Translations under genes and position numbers: made by a program | The notes under the pieces: model-generated | What the model saw: only the letters and a program-made list of their open reading frames with translations | Told to the model about the DNA's origin: nothing | The model's database searches: none | In this document: one piece after another, positions 30,477 to 40,521 of the stretch | Position numbering within the stretch: position 1 is the stretch's first letter | Layout: each line of letters opens with the position of its first letter | Source: Candidatus Latescibacterota bacterium | GTDB taxonomy: Bacteria > Latescibacterota > UBA2968 > GCA-2709665 | Length of the DNA: 64,000 bases | Direction: 5' to 3' | Assembly (NCBI GenBank): GCA_965203805.1 | Contig: OZ241917.1 | Span: 4,288,001-4,352,000, forward strand

Positions 30477-31091
30477 CTACTCGTCGTCTTCGATCGCGAG
30501 ACTGTCATCCCCGCTGGGCATCAACACCTCATCGATCAGTCCGTACTCCAGGGCCTCGTCAGCGGACATAAAGAAGTCCCGATCCGCGTCTTTGGCAACC
30601 CGGTCGATCGGCTGACCCGTCTGCTCCGCCAGAATCTCGTTCAGCTTGTCCCGCCACTGAAGGATCTCCTTTGCGTGGCGTTCCACGTCCGAAGCCTGTC
30701 CGCCCGCGCCGCCCATGGGCTGATGCACCAGGATACGGGAATTCGGCAGGGCGCGCCGCTGCCCCCTGGTGCCTCCCGCAAGCAACACGGCGGCCATGCT
30801 GAATGCCTGGCCGACGCAGACCGTTTCGACTTCGTTGGGCACGTACTGCATGGTATCGTAAATGGCCAGGCCCGCGGTAATGCTGCCTCCGGGCGAATTG
30901 ATGTACAGCCGAATCGTCTTTTCCGGCGATTCCGAACTGCAAAACAGCATCTGCGCGATCACCAGGTTTGCGATGGTGTCGTTAACGGGAAACCCGATGA
31001 AAATGATGTTGTCCCTGAGAAGACGGGAGAAAATATCGTAGGAACGTTCGCCGAACCCTGTCTTCTCCAATACCATGGGTACCAGTGCCAT
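30477..31091 (-). CDS. clpP: Clp protease proteolytic subunit
   Basis: [18 protein letters not shown], catalytic Ser in AFSMAA, HQP and DRD. Confidence 0.97.
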   Translation of the reverse strand: MALVPMVLEKTGFGERSYDIFSRLLRDNIIFIGFPVNDTIANLVIAQMLFCSSESPEKTIRLYINSPGGSITAGLAIYDTMQYVPNEVETVCVGQAFSMAAVLLAGGTRGQRRALPNSRILVHQPMGGAGGQASDVERHAKEILQWRDKLNEILAEQTGQPIDRVAKDADRDFFMSADEALEYGLIDEVLMPSGDDSLAIEDDE

Positions 31092-31131
31092 AAGATTTCA
31101 TTCTCCTTAACTTTCCGAACCCGGATCCACC

Positions 31132-32442
31132 TTACGAGTCCGCCTTTACCTCTTCGATATCCGCATGTTCAATCAGCAGATCGAACGTCTTCCCGGTCAG
31201 CAGGTCCGACTCGATTTGCTCGATCTGGTCCGACCGCTTGAGTATCCGACGGATTTGCTCCCGTTCCGTATTGTATCGACGCGCCATGCCGTCGAGATGA
31301 CGGTCCACGTCCGTCTCTTCCACCGCCAGGCCTTCCTGTTTCTGAATTGCCTCCAATAGTAGATGACGCTTCAACCCTCGAATGGTGCCCTCGCGGCTTT
31401 CCCGGCGAATCGCTTCATCATCGACGTCTTTTTCGTCTCCTTCGTGTTCCTTCCTCTGGTTTTCCACGAGCGTGTCCAGGGCATTTTCGACCATGGCTTC
31501 GGGAAGATCGAACGCGTTCATTCGAATCAGTTCGTCTACAATGTGGCCTTCGAGGTAGCGCCGTGAGGCGAGATCGGCCTGCGCCTGGAGGTCTGAACGG
31601 ATCCGGGCCCTGAGTTCTTCCAGCGACGCGAACTCACCCTGGTCCCTGGCGAATTCATCGTCCAGTTCCGGCAGCTTGCGTTCACGGATCTCCCTTGCGG
31701 AAAACATCATGCGGATCTCCCGGCCGTCCTGATGCAGGGAACCGCGACCCTGGTCCTGGTTTTCTCCTTCTTCCGTGTGCGTCAGCCGGATCTGCCGGGT
31801 TTCGCCCGTGGAAATGCCCACCAGTTGGTTGTCGAGGTCGTGATTGGCATTCCTGCCGCCGATGTGAATCGGGCGTTCTTCCTGTTTGCGACCGATAATC
31901 GGCAGCCCGTTCTCATCCAGCTCCTGAAGGTCCGCAACGACGACGTCGCCCAATTCGGCGGGCCGATGGACTTCCTGCTCCGTGGCGTTCTGTTCCCGCA
32001 CATGCTCAAGCTGTTCTTCGACATCGTCATCGGCGACTTCGAACACGGGTCGGGTGGTTTTCAGGCCTTTGTAATCCTGGACGACGATATCGGGCTTGAT
32101 GTCCACCGACGCCGTGAACTTGAGCGGCTGCCCCTCTTCGTAATTCACGTCCTCGATGGTGGCTTGCGAGATCGGGGTCAAACCCTCGGATCTGCTGGCC
32201 TCCCGGTAACATTCCTGCATCACCTCCTGCAGAACCTCGCCCTGAATCGCCTTGCCGAACCGTTTCTTGACCAGGCTTACGGGAATCCTGCCCTTGCGAA
32301 ACCCGGGTAAATTCAACGATTTGCTGTAATTCTTGTATGCGGTCTCCATTCGCCGGCGCACATCCTCGCCCGGCACCTCGACTTCAAGCGTCCTGCGCCA
32401 CGTGTCCGACTCTGAAACGGTCACCTTCATGACGTTCTGCAT
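31132..32442 (-). CDS. tig: Trigger factor (alternative start 32430)
   Basis: GFRKG ribosome-binding motif, LPELDDEFA, and tig-clpP-clpX synteny. Confidence 0.94.
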   Translation of the reverse strand: MQNVMKVTVSESDTWRRTLEVEVPGEDVRRRMETAYKNYSKSLNLPGFRKGRIPVSLVKKRFGKAIQGEVLQEVMQECYREASRSEGLTPISQATIEDVNYEEGQPLKFTASVDIKPDIVVQDYKGLKTTRPVFEVADDDVEEQLEHVREQNATEQEVHRPAELGDVVVADLQELDENGLPIIGRKQEERPIHIGGRNANHDLDNQLVGISTGETRQIRLTHTEEGENQDQGRGSLHQDGREIRMMFSAREIRERKLPELDDEFARDQGEFASLEELRARIRSDLQAQADLASRRYLEGHIVDELIRMNAFDLPEAMVENALDTLVENQRKEHEGDEKDVDDEAIRRESREGTIRGLKRHLLLEAIQKQEGLAVEETDVDRHLDGMARRYNTEREQIRRILKRSDQIEQIESDLLTGKTFDLLIEHADIEEVKADS

Positions 32443-32495
32443 CCTTCTATCGCGTGGATATCTTCACCGTTATTCCCGGTACGATCCAAACGCAA

Positions 32496-32524
32496 ATGAT
32501 AAATAATCGCCCCGGATTTGTCAA
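32496..32524 (-). promoter_or_regulatory. Sigma70 promoter of tig-clpP-clpX
   Basis: Minus strand TTGACA-17 bp-TATCAT. Confidence 0.7.
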
Positions 32525-32625
32525 TCCGTTTGCCGCGACGCCGGCAGGTCGGAATCCTGCATCCTCCATAAAAAATCCGGGCGCAGCTCCTGCCCGGATT
32601 CAATCGGCGTCTGTTGGCGGTACTG

Positions 32626-34572
32626 TCAGGAAGCCACCGGCTCCCGCTCGTCGGGCGCGGCGATGATCTTTCGAATCGTGTCCTTTTCGGTGCCGCAGCA
32701 CCCATTGCTCCCGTTGCTCCCGTTGCTGCCGTTGATGACCGGAAGCTCGAGTTCCCCGTCTTCGGTCTCGCGGACCCGCAGCGTGTGGTCCGCATCGGGC
32801 AGCGGCATGTCGCGGTTGCCCGCATAGATTGGGTGGCGGCCCCTGGTTTTGAACCAATCGGCCGTTGTGGCGGTCATATGCATATTCTCAATGATCTGAC
32901 GCCATCCGATTCCGGTGTTATACGCGCAGAAGGAGATCTCGCCTTCCTGGGTGCCGTAAGGGATCACGCACATTTCCGTACGGCGAAAATCGTAGGTCCA
33001 CAGATCCTGGAACCACATCCCGCCGACCCACATGATTCGCCACTCCCGGTCGGTCGGCCTGGGACCGCCGCTGATGGAGCCTCCGACCCTGCGGTCCAGA
33101 ATCCGGGCAAGATCAATCAGTCCGAATCCGGACGGCGCCTTTCTAGCGTCGAAATTCCGAAGCAGCGACATGCCGACCTGGAACTTGATCCATTTGGGGT
33201 CCCGCGCGGTGTCGGTCATCACTTCGATGTCCTTCATAAACTGTTCCTGGTTGAAGAACTCGGTGATGGACGCCCACTGCCGGGTCTTCTCGTTCACGAT
33301 AATATGGGCCGCGGAACCGCAGTTGGGGTGGCAGGAGCAGGTCTGCCCCCCGAATTCAACGTCCTGCCCGCGCAGATGGTCGGCCAGCGTGGTAAACAGC
33401 GTTCCCGCGCCCAGCGGGTACCAGTCGCGGTGCGCTTCGATCTTTCCGCCGGACCACGTCTGCAGGTCGTGAGCGAGGTGAGAAATGGTGTAACGCTGCC
33501 GGTGACGCATCTCGTCGGTGATATCCTCGTCTCGACCGGTAAATGAGACGGGCTGGAAGGAAATCGAACCGACCTTGTCGCTGTTGTCGATACAGAACTG
33601 GAGAATCGGCCCGACCTGTTCGTTGTTGATCGTATTCAGAACCGTTGTGACGGGCGTGATATCGATTCCGGCACGGGCGAGGTTCTCCATTGCCAGGAGC
33701 TTGGCGTCGAAGAGATTGGAAATGTGCCGGTGCTGATTGGCCGCGTTGGTGACGCCGTCGAACTGCAGATACGCCATATCGAAACCGGCTTCTTTCGCCT
33801 CGAAAGCGAAGTCAGGCTCTTTGGCAAAGCGGAGTCCGTTGGTCGCGGCCTGCACACACCAGTATCCCACCTTTTTGGCATACCGGCAGGCATCCAGAAA
33901 ATGCGGCGAGATCGTGGGTTCTCCACCCGAGAACTGAACCGACATCTGCCTGCGTGGTTTGAAGGAGATGGATGCGTCCAGGATCCGCTTGACGTCGTCC
34001 ATTGTCAGTTCGTGGACGTATCCCACCTGGTTCGCATCCATGAAACAGGGATTGCACATCATGTTGCAGCGGTTGGTGAGGTCGATCGTCAGTACGGCGC
34101 CGCGACCGTATTTGATGCTGGATGTGCCGTGCTGGTGCACGTGCTCGTCTCCCCAGGTGCGGAAGTCCCGGCCGGGAAAACGGCCCTCGATAAGGCGCGT
34201 AAACTCCGGATCGATCGACAGGACGTCTTCATAGGGGCCGTGGATCGGGCAGGACTTGCGCATCAGAATACACCCGTTTTCCTCCAGGATCTCAGCTTTG
34301 ATCTCGCCGGGATTGCCGTGTACCAGTTCACCGATGTCCCGTGTCCCGTCGATGATGGCGGTCCGGACTTCCTTTACGCAATCCGGGCACAGCGAATCGG
34401 TTTCGCGTGGAAATCCCAGGGTGGGCATCGATCGCTGATAGCTCTTCAGCAGCGGCGCGGAAGCCCAGTCAGGTTGAAATGGCTGACCTTCGGGGAGCCT
34501 TGTATTCACGCTCTGGAAGACGTTCCAGGCGGCGTTCGCAGCCCCTGAAACGAAGCGGTCACGATAACTCAT
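32626..34572 (-). CDS. Radical SAM protein, tetraether lipid synthase (Tes/GDGT-MAS, MJ0619)-like
   Basis: N-terminal CPDC...CPIHG metal site, LTNRCNMMCNPC, FSGGEPT, YLQFDG, FQPVSFTGR, and auxiliary CSCHPNCG and C..SFCAYN. Confidence 0.8.
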   Translation of the reverse strand: MSYRDRFVSGAANAAWNVFQSVNTRLPEGQPFQPDWASAPLLKSYQRSMPTLGFPRETDSLCPDCVKEVRTAIIDGTRDIGELVHGNPGEIKAEILEENGCILMRKSCPIHGPYEDVLSIDPEFTRLIEGRFPGRDFRTWGDEHVHQHGTSSIKYGRGAVLTIDLTNRCNMMCNPCFMDANQVGYVHELTMDDVKRILDASISFKPRRQMSVQFSGGEPTISPHFLDACRYAKKVGYWCVQAATNGLRFAKEPDFAFEAKEAGFDMAYLQFDGVTNAANQHRHISNLFDAKLLAMENLARAGIDITPVTTVLNTINNEQVGPILQFCIDNSDKVGSISFQPVSFTGRDEDITDEMRHRQRYTISHLAHDLQTWSGGKIEAHRDWYPLGAGTLFTTLADHLRGQDVEFGGQTCSCHPNCGSAAHIIVNEKTRQWASITEFFNQEQFMKDIEVMTDTARDPKWIKFQVGMSLLRNFDARKAPSGFGLIDLARILDRRVGGSISGGPRPTDREWRIMWVGGMWFQDLWTYDFRRTEMCVIPYGTQEGEISFCAYNTGIGWRQIIENMHMTATTADWFKTRGRHPIYAGNRDMPLPDADHTLRVRETEDGELELPVINGSNGSNGSNGCCGTEKDTIRKIIAAPDEREPVAS

Positions 34573-34718
34573 CGACAGATCCTTGTGAGTGTTGCCCAAA
34601 CCGACCGGGTTGCCGCAATGCGAAACGCCGGCTTACGGCCATATGAAGTTCCTGCAGGAGTAGAGCAAAGGGAATATAAGTAAAAAGCCGGTACCGTCAA
34701 GCGGTTCCTGTTGAAGAG

Positions 34719-35504
34719 TTATACTCGCCGTCGCAGGATTCGTTTCATATTTTCGCCGAAAATCCGCGCTCGCTGCCGGGGCGTGATCGATGCGCCAAGT
34801 ACCTTGCCCACCCCGGCCTCCATTGCCACGTCGGTCGCAAAGAGGACGCGTTCCGTCCCCAGATGGCGCACTGCCGTTTCGACAAACCCGTCGTCGTTCA
34901 GGCTGCCGCTGGTATCCACGTACACGTTCGAGACGTCCCGGAGGGTCTTGATCGCCCACTCCCAGTCTCCCACGATGGGGTGACCCTCAATGACGATGGC
35001 TTCAGGATACATTCGCGCCAGTCGCACGAAGTCCCGGCTGTCCGAGCGATTCGTCTGCCATGGTCTGCCGGAAACCGGCGTCTGTTTTCCGCCGTGGTGC
35101 AGAATCGGCACGCCCAGATCGATGCATCGCTCCACAATCGGCAGCACGAGGGGATCCCAGCATTTGCACTGATTGTAGAGCTTTACGCCCATCATCCCGT
35201 GCTTCAGAATGCACCGGTCGATTTCATCCCGCGCCTCGTTTTGAAACCGGGGATCGAGAAAGGCATATCCGAGAATGCGCGCTGGGAACCGCCGCATGGC
35301 GTACAGGAGGCTGTCATTCACCTCGCGCATTCCGTCCGGGCGGAGGTTATCCATTCCTTGAATGGGTATCGAACAGCAAAGCTGATCGATTTCCAGGCGG
35401 TCGGCCGCCTCGATCACCATCCGGTCGTCCTTCCATTTCCCACGCCATCCCACGGACGCCAGGTTACCGGCCACGTGCATGTGCGCGTCGATCCGCAAGT
35501 CCAA
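34719..35504 (-). CDS. Amidohydrolase_2 family metallohydrolase
   Basis: IDAHMH, GVKL, PILHH, NVYVDTSG and VLFATD. TTG start with AAGGAG RBS. Confidence 0.88.
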   Translation of the reverse strand: MDLRIDAHMHVAGNLASVGWRGKWKDDRMVIEAADRLEIDQLCCSIPIQGMDNLRPDGMREVNDSLLYAMRRFPARILGYAFLDPRFQNEARDEIDRCILKHGMMGVKLYNQCKCWDPLVLPIVERCIDLGVPILHHGGKQTPVSGRPWQTNRSDSRDFVRLARMYPEAIVIEGHPIVGDWEWAIKTLRDVSNVYVDTSGSLNDDGFVETAVRHLGTERVLFATDVAMEAGVGKVLGASITPRQRARIFGENMKRILRRRV

Positions 35505-35724
35505 CGCTCCTTTTCGGAAGTCCCCCGCGCCAAAACCTTGACGCTCAGATTCTCAATGCCTATTATGCTTCTCCAGAACTGGATTATCAAGCGGATTCTA
35601 CGCGTTTGCCGCTTCAACCCGGACGATACGATGCTCCCGGACGGGCGACGAACGGACCACGCGGACGCTGGCGCCGCGCATGGTTTGAGAATGCGCTTCC
35701 GCGTTCCAGCAAAGGAGATTCCAT

Positions 35725-36627
35725 ATGCGCCGTTTTACACGAAAGCCGTATCTGACAGTTTCTGAAGCTTCCGAACGACGCCAGGTTCGCGGTACGATCG
35801 AGCTCGGCGAGACCCTCGTCATCGAGGCGCCCGGCGGCGCCGACGGCGACCTCAAGCCCGGCGTCATCCCGGAAACCACCACGCCGCGCGGTTCACGCCA
35901 GGGAGGCCCGTTTCTCATCGAGGGCATCGAACCCGGCGACTGGGTTTCCATCGAAGTCATCGATATCGAAGTGGGTCCCTACGGCTATTACAATAACGGC
36001 GGGCCGTTCCGAGGCAGCCTGCGCTCCGTCGCGCCCGTAAGAGACGGCCTCCTTCACTTCCCGCCGGACTTTGTCGTACCCGTCCGCCCGATGATCGGCG
36101 TGATGCAGTTGGCGCCCGTATCGGAACACCCGGGACCCTGGAACCACGGCGGCAACATGGACTACAACAGCATTTGTCCCGGCAGTACCGTGCATATTCG
36201 CGCGCAGAAATACGGCGGCCATTTCTACGTGGGCGACGTCCACGCCCGCATGGGCGACGGTGAGCTCACCGGCACGGGCGTGGAAATCGACGCGGCGCTC
36301 ACGCTGCGTTTCGACCGCTCGCCGGGCTTTCCCGCGGGCGGGCCGGTCGTGGAAACCGCGGACGAGATCCTCACCAGCGGCATGGGCGCGAATTGGGAGG
36401 AAGCGTTGAAAATCGCCTGGAGCGACATGGTCGGCCTCGTCGCCGACCGTTACGAGACCACCGTGGAACACGCCAATCTCATTGTCGGTACCATCGGCGA
36501 CGCGCGCCCGGGATACGCCGCCGGTCAGCTGAATACCCGGGGATTCAGAAGGGACAACGCATACGTCACCTGTCAGATCGGCATCACCAAAGACCTGAAA
36601 AGAACCGGCCGGCCCTTCCAGCCGTGA
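35725..36627 (+). CDS. Acetamidase/formamidase family protein
   Basis: GP..IEGIEPGD, PMIG, HGGNMD and GDVHARMGDGE..GTGVE. Confidence 0.85.
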   Translation: MRRFTRKPYLTVSEASERRQVRGTIELGETLVIEAPGGADGDLKPGVIPETTTPRGSRQGGPFLIEGIEPGDWVSIEVIDIEVGPYGYYNNGGPFRGSLRSVAPVRDGLLHFPPDFVVPVRPMIGVMQLAPVSEHPGPWNHGGNMDYNSICPGSTVHIRAQKYGGHFYVGDVHARMGDGELTGTGVEIDAALTLRFDRSPGFPAGGPVVETADEILTSGMGANWEEALKIAWSDMVGLVADRYETTVEHANLIVGTIGDARPGYAAGQLNTRGFRRDNAYVTCQIGITKDLKRTGRPFQP

Positions 36628-36661
36628 CCCGGCGCGACTTCGCCTTCCCGAGGGCACCCCA

Positions 36662-38818
36662 ATGTTCCATCACGATGAGTTCCCCGACAAGATCGTGCAT
36701 ATTTCAGATGCTTCTTTCTTCGATGGCCTGAATCCCGAATACCCAGGGCTTGATGAGGTCCGACTCGCCGCGGATTCAGGACGTTTCGACGATGCATTCG
36801 ACGCATGGCGGCGGCATTTCCTGTCCCGGAGCACGCCGGTCAACCCGTTCGCGGGTTCCCTGCATGAACTCCGGCCGAGGGTCGCGTCCAACCGGGGCCT
36901 GGCCGATACCATCCTCAACGGTGGACGGCGGCGATTCGGCCAGGTCGAAATCGACTTCTCCCGTCCCGTGGCGTTCAACGCGTGGTTCGGCGACCAATCC
37001 AAATACGGCTTCCATTATCTCGGGTGGATGGACTGCCTGACGAGGGCCGCTCTGGATACGGGCGATGAACGCTACGTTGAGGCTTACCTGGAGGTTTTCC
37101 GCCAGTGGTACGACATGCGGCACGAAATCGTCGGGGCACGCCGGATGCATCCGGTCTTTTACGAACTGGGACTGTCGGTGAGGAGTCACCGGTTCGTGAA
37201 TTTCCTTTACGCCGTCCAACTTCTGGATATGGCCAGCCTGCTCTCCCCGGACCACGTCCGCCGGTTCTTCAAGTCGTTCCTGGGCGCGGCCCGGTGGCTG
37301 ACGATGGAACAAAACGCCACAGGATACCGCGAGGGAAACTGGCAGGTGCACGGCATCTCGGCCATGATTCTAATCGGGTTCCTCATGCCCGAGTTCCGCG
37401 AGTCCGGCGACTTCCGTGCCGTCGGCGCGAACTACCTCGAGCAGCACATGGTGAAGGACTACTACGCGGACGGAGGGCACAGCGAGCGCTGCTATTCTTA
37501 CGGAAGCGGCTGTCTGCGCCACCTGGAAGAGGCCACCCTCCTGGCGGAGGCCAATCCGGACCTTCAACCGCCGGGGACGCTGGATTGGCGGGAGCGTACC
37601 TCGAATGCCTTCGCCTGGTTTCTAAAGATGGCCGGTCCCGGGGGAGAAATGCCCGGCATCAACGACGGCACTTTCCTGGACGGGACGGGAATCCTGAGAC
37701 AGGCGTGCAGATTCACCGGAGACGGGACGTATCTCTGGCCCATTCGCCACAAGCCGGGTGCGAACGGTGCCGAGCCGGCAAAACCCGATTTCGAGAGCCT
37801 TCGCCTGGATTCCAGCGAATTCTGCGTGATGCGCTCGGGCTGGGAGCCTGAAGACACGTTCATGCTCGTCAATCACGGCCGGTGGCCCGGCGGCCACAGC
37901 CACATGGGCATACTGGACATCAATCTCTACGCCTTCGGGGTGCCCATGGCCGCCGAAGTCTCCCGTTTCGGTCCCTACGACGCCCCGTGGGATATGTACT
38001 TCCGTTCCGAACAGGCGCACAACCACATTGTCGTCGAAGGCGCCCCGTCCGCCCGACCGGAAATCCGGGGGGAACACATCGAGTTCGGCAGCACCGAGTC
38101 TTGCGATTTCTTCTCGGGCCGGCACCGGGCGTACGAAGCCGGCGCGGGCGTCGTGATCGAGCGTCGAATCCTGTTTTTCAAACCGTGGGGCTTTCTCGTC
38201 TCCGACGCGGTGGCGTGTACCCATCGCCGGAGAAGCGCGCTCTGGTATCTCCACAGCGTCTTCCCCTTCGCCATGCGCGATACTGTCGCCGTTGCCGAGG
38301 GTAATCACGCGGGCCTCATCGTTGCGCCCGCGAACCCGAGACAACTCAAATACGCATACAGCGGTATAGATTACCTGGAGGAAATGGTCCGCGAAATTCC
38401 GGTATACTCCGGCGATCCGCCCGTCGCCCCGTGGCCGGACCGGTACTTCATCGCCCTTCGAGGCTGGTGTGTCGAGGAGCCTGTCGTCCCTTTCGACGTC
38501 CTGCTGATGCCGTATCAGGGCGCCCGTCCCGATGCGAGCGTCAAGACGCTCGAGTGTCGTGTCGACGGCCGCGCCGAATCTCCTGCGCTGCCTCGCGCGC
38601 TGCAGGTTGACGCGGGGGAACATTGTCATCTCGTGATTCACGGCGCTCCCGGCATCACCGTTACCGTTAACGACGTATCGTTCTCGGGCCACACGGCCGC
38701 CGTCGAATATCGTGACGGCCGCCCCGCAAAGGCCTTCGTCCATCGCGGCGACAGCCTGTCGGTAAACGGACGCACCATCCCGATCTCAGATCGGCCGACC
38801 CAGGAAATCGAGCTCTGA
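36662..38818 (+). CDS. Heparinase II/III-like polysaccharide lyase
   Basis: GNWQ, DGGHSERCYSY, PGINDG, MRSGW, GHSH and AHNHIVV. Confidence 0.8.
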   Translation: MFHHDEFPDKIVHISDASFFDGLNPEYPGLDEVRLAADSGRFDDAFDAWRRHFLSRSTPVNPFAGSLHELRPRVASNRGLADTILNGGRRRFGQVEIDFSRPVAFNAWFGDQSKYGFHYLGWMDCLTRAALDTGDERYVEAYLEVFRQWYDMRHEIVGARRMHPVFYELGLSVRSHRFVNFLYAVQLLDMASLLSPDHVRRFFKSFLGAARWLTMEQNATGYREGNWQVHGISAMILIGFLMPEFRESGDFRAVGANYLEQHMVKDYYADGGHSERCYSYGSGCLRHLEEATLLAEANPDLQPPGTLDWRERTSNAFAWFLKMAGPGGEMPGINDGTFLDGTGILRQACRFTGDGTYLWPIRHKPGANGAEPAKPDFESLRLDSSEFCVMRSGWEPEDTFMLVNHGRWPGGHSHMGILDINLYAFGVPMAAEVSRFGPYDAPWDMYFRSEQAHNHIVVEGAPSARPEIRGEHIEFGSTESCDFFSGRHRAYEAGAGVVIERRILFFKPWGFLVSDAVACTHRRRSALWYLHSVFPFAMRDTVAVAEGNHAGLIVAPANPRQLKYAYSGIDYLEEMVREIPVYSGDPPVAPWPDRYFIALRGWCVEEPVVPFDVLLMPYQGARPDASVKTLECRVDGRAESPALPRALQVDAGEHCHLVIHGAPGITVTVNDVSFSGHTAAVEYRDGRPAKAFVHRGDSLSVNGRTIPISDRPTQEIEL

Positions 38819-38883
38819 CGCAGGACGGAATCCGGGTACACGCAACCGATTCTCGCTTGGGATCTACTACTGAGGCACGCCCT

Positions 38884-40467
38884 ATGCCGCAGCCACGCAT
38901 AATGTTCTACCACGACGGCCGTCACCCCCTCATCTATATGTACGAGCCTCCCATTCAGAAGGAGGAATTCGAAGCCGGCGTGGACGAACTCGCGGGGACT
39001 CCCGTGGACGCCATCATGTTCTGCCTCGGTGACGGTCGCACGTTCCTCCACGACACGAAAGTCGGAGAGATCTGGGGCCACAACGTGGAGAAATGGACCC
39101 ACCTCGTCTTCGACAGGGCGGGCCGGAACGCCCGGCGTCTCATCCGGGAAGGGCACGATCCGCTCCGTCTCATCTGCGATCGGGCCCACGAAAAGGGCAT
39201 GCTGGTCTACCCCACGCTCCTCGTGCAGCAGGGGCGCGGGGATCGGGACGAGGACGTGCGGTGCTCCAATTTCCGGTTCGAAAATACCCATCTCGAAATC
39301 GGCGCGGGAGGCGACCTGGACCCCGACTTTCCGGGTCTCACCTGCCTCGACTTCGGGCGCCGGGAGGTCAGGGAAGAACGGTTCGCCGTTATCGAAGAGA
39401 CGCTGAACGCCTACCCCGTCGACGGCTTCGAACTCCAACTCAACTACACGCCGTATTATTTCCACCCGGACGCGGTCGAAGAAGGCCGGGAGATCATGAC
39501 CGGGTGGATTGGATGCGTGTACGATATGGTAAAGGAAAGCGGAAGCGGCCGCGAACTGGTTCTGCGTATTCCGGCCAGCATCGAGGGTTGTCTCGAAGCG
39601 GGGCTGGACGTGCGGGAGTGGCTCCGGAGGGGGATTGTGGACGTGCTCATCGGCCAGACCTTCTCCACCCCGGAACTGCTCGACTCAACCGTAGACTTCC
39701 GCCCTCTGGTCGAAGCCGCGGGAGAAACAGGGTGCCGGGTCCACGCCGCGGTGCACAGCCACGTGGACTCCGACCGGCTGGCCGAAGCCACCATCGAAAT
39801 GATCCGGGGAGCGGCCTGCAACGCCTGGGCCCAGGGGGTTGACGGCCTGTACCTTGCGCACTGGTTCGGCAACTGGCCCTATCAGGCGTCTTTCTACGAG
39901 AAGCTGCGGGAACTGCCCCATCCGGACGTTATGGCTCCTAAGGACAAGCACTACTATGTTCCCACGGAGACCGGGCGGTACCCCAGGCCCGTCACCGAAC
40001 CCGGCGTTTCCATGGGTCTGCCCGCCGCCTTGAACGTGGATAAACCGGCGCGCGTGATCATCCGGATGAGCGACGACCTCCCGCGCTGGGACGAAACCGG
40101 ACGGGTGCACGACGTGGTGCTCCGCGTACGGATCATGAACACCACCGAACGGGACCGGTTTCGCTTCCGTCTCAACGGCAAAGACCTTTCGGACGCGCAA
40201 ATGCGCAGGATCAATGAGATGTACCGGATGAGCGCGCCGCGATATCGGACGGGCTCCGGCTACTGGTACGTATTCCGGCCGGACCGGACAGACTGGCCGC
40301 GCCGGGGCGAGAACAAGCTGCAGGTTTATCTGCTCGAACGGGATCCGGACGTCACACCGGACGTATACATCCGCGACGTGGAACTGGAGATCAGGTACCT
40401 GATGGGGAGGAGCTTTCACCGAATGACCGATCCGGACCTGGGCCCCTTCGAACCTTCGGGGGAGTGA
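38884..40467 (+). CDS. Putative glycoside-hydrolase-like TIM-barrel protein (GHL10-like), paralog 1
   Basis: YHDGRH, DPL....DRAHEKG, LDF...EVRE, YPVDGFEL and GVDGLY, with a C-terminal beta domain. Confidence 0.65.
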   Translation: MPQPRIMFYHDGRHPLIYMYEPPIQKEEFEAGVDELAGTPVDAIMFCLGDGRTFLHDTKVGEIWGHNVEKWTHLVFDRAGRNARRLIREGHDPLRLICDRAHEKGMLVYPTLLVQQGRGDRDEDVRCSNFRFENTHLEIGAGGDLDPDFPGLTCLDFGRREVREERFAVIEETLNAYPVDGFELQLNYTPYYFHPDAVEEGREIMTGWIGCVYDMVKESGSGRELVLRIPASIEGCLEAGLDVREWLRRGIVDVLIGQTFSTPELLDSTVDFRPLVEAAGETGCRVHAAVHSHVDSDRLAEATIEMIRGAACNAWAQGVDGLYLAHWFGNWPYQASFYEKLRELPHPDVMAPKDKHYYVPTETGRYPRPVTEPGVSMGLPAALNVDKPARVIIRMSDDLPRWDETGRVHDVVLRVRIMNTTERDRFRFRLNGKDLSDAQMRRINEMYRMSAPRYRTGSGYWYVFRPDRTDWPRRGENKLQVYLLERDPDVTPDVYIRDVELEIRYLMGRSFHRMTDPDLGPFEPSGE

Positions 40468-40521
40468 TCGCGCCGGATCAATACCGTTGGATCAGGAGAG
40501 ACATCGTCGGGCCGGAGGGAA

